Assembly (NCBI GenBank): GCA_002633005.1
Contig: NMRA01000191.1
Coordinates: 426,466-490,465 of the forward strand
Length of the DNA: 64,000 nt
Source of the DNA: Phoronis australis
Taxonomy: Eukaryota > Animalia > Phoronida
Direction: 5' to 3'
The translations under genes were made by a program, and so were the position numbers. Position 1 is the first letter of the stretch, and each line of letters opens with the position of its first letter. Shown piece after piece: positions 60,194-64,000 of the stretch. A model generated the notes under the pieces. That model was not told where the DNA came from, searched no databases, and was given only the letters and a program-made list of their open reading frames with translations.

Positions 60194-60999
60194 CAGTGTT
60201 CTCCACGGCCTGTTTTAACTCGACGCTGTAACGAGTTTGGATTTTGCAGCGTCGAGTTTGGAAAATGCGCGTCGAGTTTAGAAAGTGCTGCGTCAGGTTT
60301 GAACTTTTGTCCAGGCTTGGTATTTCAGCCCTCAACCCTAAAGCAGTGCCTGATTAACCAACATCAAGCCCAATACAGAACTTTAGAGGCAGTCAACACT
60401 ATATGTATAACTTCGTAAGACACTACAAAAGTTTAAATTATAATTAACAAAATCTGCAAAAAACTTTAAATAACAAACATTTCATGGAGTCACCTAGCTT
60501 GCTTAATTGAATGACTAATCTACTTAGTCATTCTAACTTTAAAATTTTGCAAGTCAACCTATAAAAAAGCAATTTAATTTGCTTAATAAAGACAATTTTG
60601 ATTTTGACTGACATCTAGTGGCAAGTTAGAGAACTTTATGAGCTTATTAAACTTGACAACAGGTGTCACTAAAAACTAGGTCACATCAGAACTCATGTTA
60701 GTAGTACTTAATATGTCTAATTGATATTAAAATCGGCATTGGTATTATTAAAGGAACTTTTGATCTTTTGTTTGCTGCTCTTGGTCTGTCAAATGCTTTG
60801 GAGAAATTATGAGATGCATTGGTAGGAAAGCTAAACTTTGAAGTGTCTAAGAAGTAGGTCACACCAGTGCAGTGTGCAGTTTTAAACCATATATAAATAC
60901 CTCCAGCATGACCATGGTTATGGGTAGACACAAAACAATGTCAATAACTGACATTCAACATTTGCGTCGAGTTTGGAATTTATAATGTGGAGAACACTG
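60194..60999. mobile_element. hAT-like non-autonomous element with 5-bp TSD
   Basis: Perfect 13-bp TIRs CAGTGTTCTCCAC / GTGGAGAACACTG, ATACC on both flanks, and subterminal GCGTCGAGTTT repeats. Confidence 0.85.
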
Positions 61000-61318
61000 A
61001 TACCACAGCTGTTTTACTGAAAATTTGCTGCACGCCATGTTCATTGTTTTTCAAAATTGGAAAAAAATAAGAAACCTTCACAAGAAGGAGTAACTGATAC
61101 TATAACAAATGTTGATCCATTTGTGGTCAGAACTCAGAATATATAGATTTTATTCTTAATTTTGGGAAATCAAAAATATTAGAATTATGGTATCTGCTAC
61201 TGATACGTGCAAATTCTGTTCAGCAGTTTTCCAAAATTGCAGAAAACCATGGTCTCTAAAAACAATTAACACACTTACAATACCCTGCCATTCAACAGCA
61301 TCAACAACTACTCAGATT

Positions 61319-61772
61319 CAGGCCTTTATCCAGGATTTCGAAAATAGGGTGTCCAAAATGGGGTTCCCAATATTCCAGGGCGTCCATGATTCCGACGCGT
61401 AACCCCCCACCACCAGCAATCCCCCCAAACACGCAGATTATTTTTTACATCTAAGTTTACAAAACAGCTTTCTGTAGTGAGCATTTTTACTAAAAAAACG
61501 TGCAGACCAAGACTTTTACAATGCTATCAACCAAGAGTGAGCATAGCAACATTGTATATACATTGTATATTTCTTCCTGCTTTGAAAAAAGAGCCACCAC
61601 TGTGAGTCTTTATAGGCTTCCTAGTGATCATTACAATGTTTGTGTCCAAACTTGAAAGGTTCCTATTGATAGTGGGCGTCCAAATGATACATTGGGCGTC
61701 CTTGCCAGGGCTTCCATATTAGTGCTTGGGCGTCCAAATGGACGCCCAGGACGTAAGCTGCATAAAGGCCTG
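61319..61772. mobile_element. hAT MITE with 8-bp TSD
   Basis: TIRs CAGGCCTTTATCCAG / CTGCATAAAGGCCTG, perfect TSD CTCAGATT, and GGGCGTCC subterminal repeats. A decayed relative lies at about 62900-62960. Confidence 0.88.
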
Positions 61773-63089
61773 CTCAGATTTATGGTAGCCTATGTTGCTA
61801 AATTCACTGGTTTTGCCCTCTAGAAAACAACTGAATGAAGACACAAGTGTCTTATTTCTACCACATTGCCCATGAGAGAACTCCTCAGTGACAACCAATC
61901 CCATATAACGTAGGACTATTGAAAAACCTAAGCTGGAGGAACCAATACACCACATCATCTCTCAACTTTTAAACATAACGGCAAATATTCCTATTTGGTT
62001 AACACACGGTGCAACATTTAAATACGACTGCACAACCAATACAGAGCACAGACAACCAAACACAGTTTCTATTCCCATGAGTAAGGGACCAACAGCCGCT
62101 TTCCAATACAGTGGCGACATGAGGGATTACGCCTTGTCACTAGATGGTGCTGGGGGTAGTTAGTGGACGACATTATGCATTCTTGTAGAACTTTTAATAC
62201 AGTCCGATGTTTTGCAGTGCTTTTTGCGAGTGTAAACGCAAGCAACGTTAGCACATCAGAATTCCTAGTTTGCTTTCAGACAAAACCTTTATGTACCTTC
62301 ACCCTTCACCAGAGCCTGGATTTTCTGTTTTCAAAAAGAGAGAAATCCTTCAAGCAAATCTGTGGTACTTAGCTCAGCAATCTGGGGTTGCCTTTTGTGA
62401 GGTGGCACTTGCCAAATCAGACATGAAGTGAATTGTTTGGTTGCTTACCTTTCCAGTGGTAATTAACATTAAAGCTTTAGACAAAGATATTGACACCAAC
62501 TGTCAACACATTACATGTGCCACATGTGGTTTAAGAAGTGGGATATTGATTTTACATTGTCACCTATGAGTTTTTCACAGGTCAACAGTTGGAAGTGATT
62601 GATGCCTACAGGTACGCTTAAATGCCACAAATAAGCCTCTGAATTGACAACAATGGCATCAGGAAGCTATTCAGGAGCAGTTATAAGACTTCACAGTTCG
62701 TTTTGGAACAGACTGAAACCTGTAAGGTAGCAAAATGGGAATGCTTGAAATCAAAACCAGGCAAATCTTGCCATGTCTATCATGAAACCTAGACTGCCAA
62801 GATATCTGTGAAAGATAGAGAGCAGTAGTACAAGATAAGCACATAAATTATGTACCGTAATTAATGTATACATCCCAGACTTCCACACATGCTCTCTCAT
62901 TCAGGATTTCAAAAACAGGGCATCCAAAATGGGATTTCCAATTTCGTAGGATGTCTATGACCAAGAACCCGCAATTGTTTTTACAAAAAAGTTTTTATAA
63001 AAAAAGAGTGGAGTTGGTCTGATGTCATATGCAGAGCATGAGACGTGAACAAACCTCATGATTAGGTCCATTGCACCAAACACCTGAGC

Positions 63090-63405
63090 TCAACACACAA
63101 GAGACCCATCATGGATCAACAGTTTTTTTGTGATGCCTGTCTCCTTTAAGAAAGCGGAGACTTTTCCATTTATTGCCTTGCACAATATGTTGTAGCCTTG
63201 TAGGCATAAAACTGTGCCATCCAGTAGGTTGCAACTGGGTAAAACTACCAGGTGTTTGGGGGTTTCAATGTCAGTACCACACACAGGACACACTGGGCTC
63301 CCCATATGCCCACTAATGTGTCTGTGCCTGTTACAATGTGGACATGGTCCTGGATTCTGCACTCGTTTTTTGTACCAATTCCTAAACCAAATCTACTGCT
63401 TTGGA
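63090..63405 (-). mobile_element. Decayed 3' fragment of a non-LTR retrotransposon (zinc-knuckle region)
   Basis: Translation HRHISGHMGSPVCPVCGTDIETPKHLVVLPSC resembles the C-terminal H..G...SP.C..CG...ET..H....C motif of LINE ORF2 proteins. No RT domain is visible. Confidence 0.4.
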
Positions 63406-63710
63406 TAGGTCAATGGGCTCCCAGAGATGCTGCCAACAAGTTAAAGTGACAACCAAGCTTACTTACTTCATTTGAACCAAATGCTGAACAGTGCATTCTG
63501 ACTAGGGTGACTAAATTTGTGCCAGGGTGTCTGTTTGGAAGCCTTAGACACCCTCTAGAAGGCCTACTTCCATTATGAACAAGTAGTGTTCTCTGCTCAC
63601 TTCTTTGACTTGTAGCAAATTAGGACTTTGCCACCAGTTTGCCTCCCCTGCCTCAAGTTTGAAAATCCAAAATCACAACTTCGAACAAATAAGGAAATTT
63701 TGGATGCCAC

Positions 63711-64000
63711 TAGGGCTTGGAATGACCCATGAAAAAAAAAAAGCGGAAATTTTTACGGCCCCAAACAGCAGCCTTGAAAATGGGGGGTCTCGAATTCTTC
63801 TCGATGCGGACCTTTTGCCAACAAAACATCGGGAGAGGACTTAAAAAAAAAAGTACCACCTCCAAGAGCGCGTGTCTGCATCACTTTAACTCGTCTGTCC
63901 TATCCCACCTTCACACATTTTGGCTGCAGTCGTAGTATTAGTCACGCGGTTTACAATCTCACGAGACGCCATTGAAGAAGACCACGTTATCCCAGGTGCC
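63711..64000 (-). mobile_element. hAT-like MITE family A, copy 3 (truncated by the window edge)
   Basis: Starts TAGGGCTTGGAATGACC and aligns with 48996 onward (cacatttttggctgcag, caatctcacgagacgccattgaaga). Confidence 0.85.

Overview
Eukaryotic, intron-rich genomic DNA from an invertebrate animal, probably a lophotrochozoan (inference from the protein sequences and transposon repertoire). There are two assembly gaps. Four spliced protein-coding genes were reconstructed by hand with GT-AG boundaries and consistent phases. They are the 5' part of ANKHD1/ANKRD17 (mask, minus strand, runs off the left edge), a complete 4E-BP (plus), a complete clathrin light chain (plus) and most of a Pumilio (minus; the 5' end is probably off the right edge). 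A tRNA-Thr(UGU) gene lies between the divergent ANKHD1 and 4E-BP genes. The introns carry many non-autonomous DNA transposons (hAT-like with 5, 6 and 8 bp TSDs; Harbinger-like; Kolobok-like), and a Helentron-associated element lies between the last two genes. The top finding is five long box H/ACA RNAs in the Pumilio introns, one per intron and all sense to the host. Three are canonical U17/SNORA73/snR30 copies. Two are divergent U17-architecture paralogs that lack the m1/m2 18S-binding motifs and instead share a new motif pair with each other. The second finding is in the clathrin light chain: a 12-nt microexon (R-IAN-K) at the position of the vertebrate neuron-specific insert, plus tandem-duplicated cassette exons each preceded by UGCAUG.
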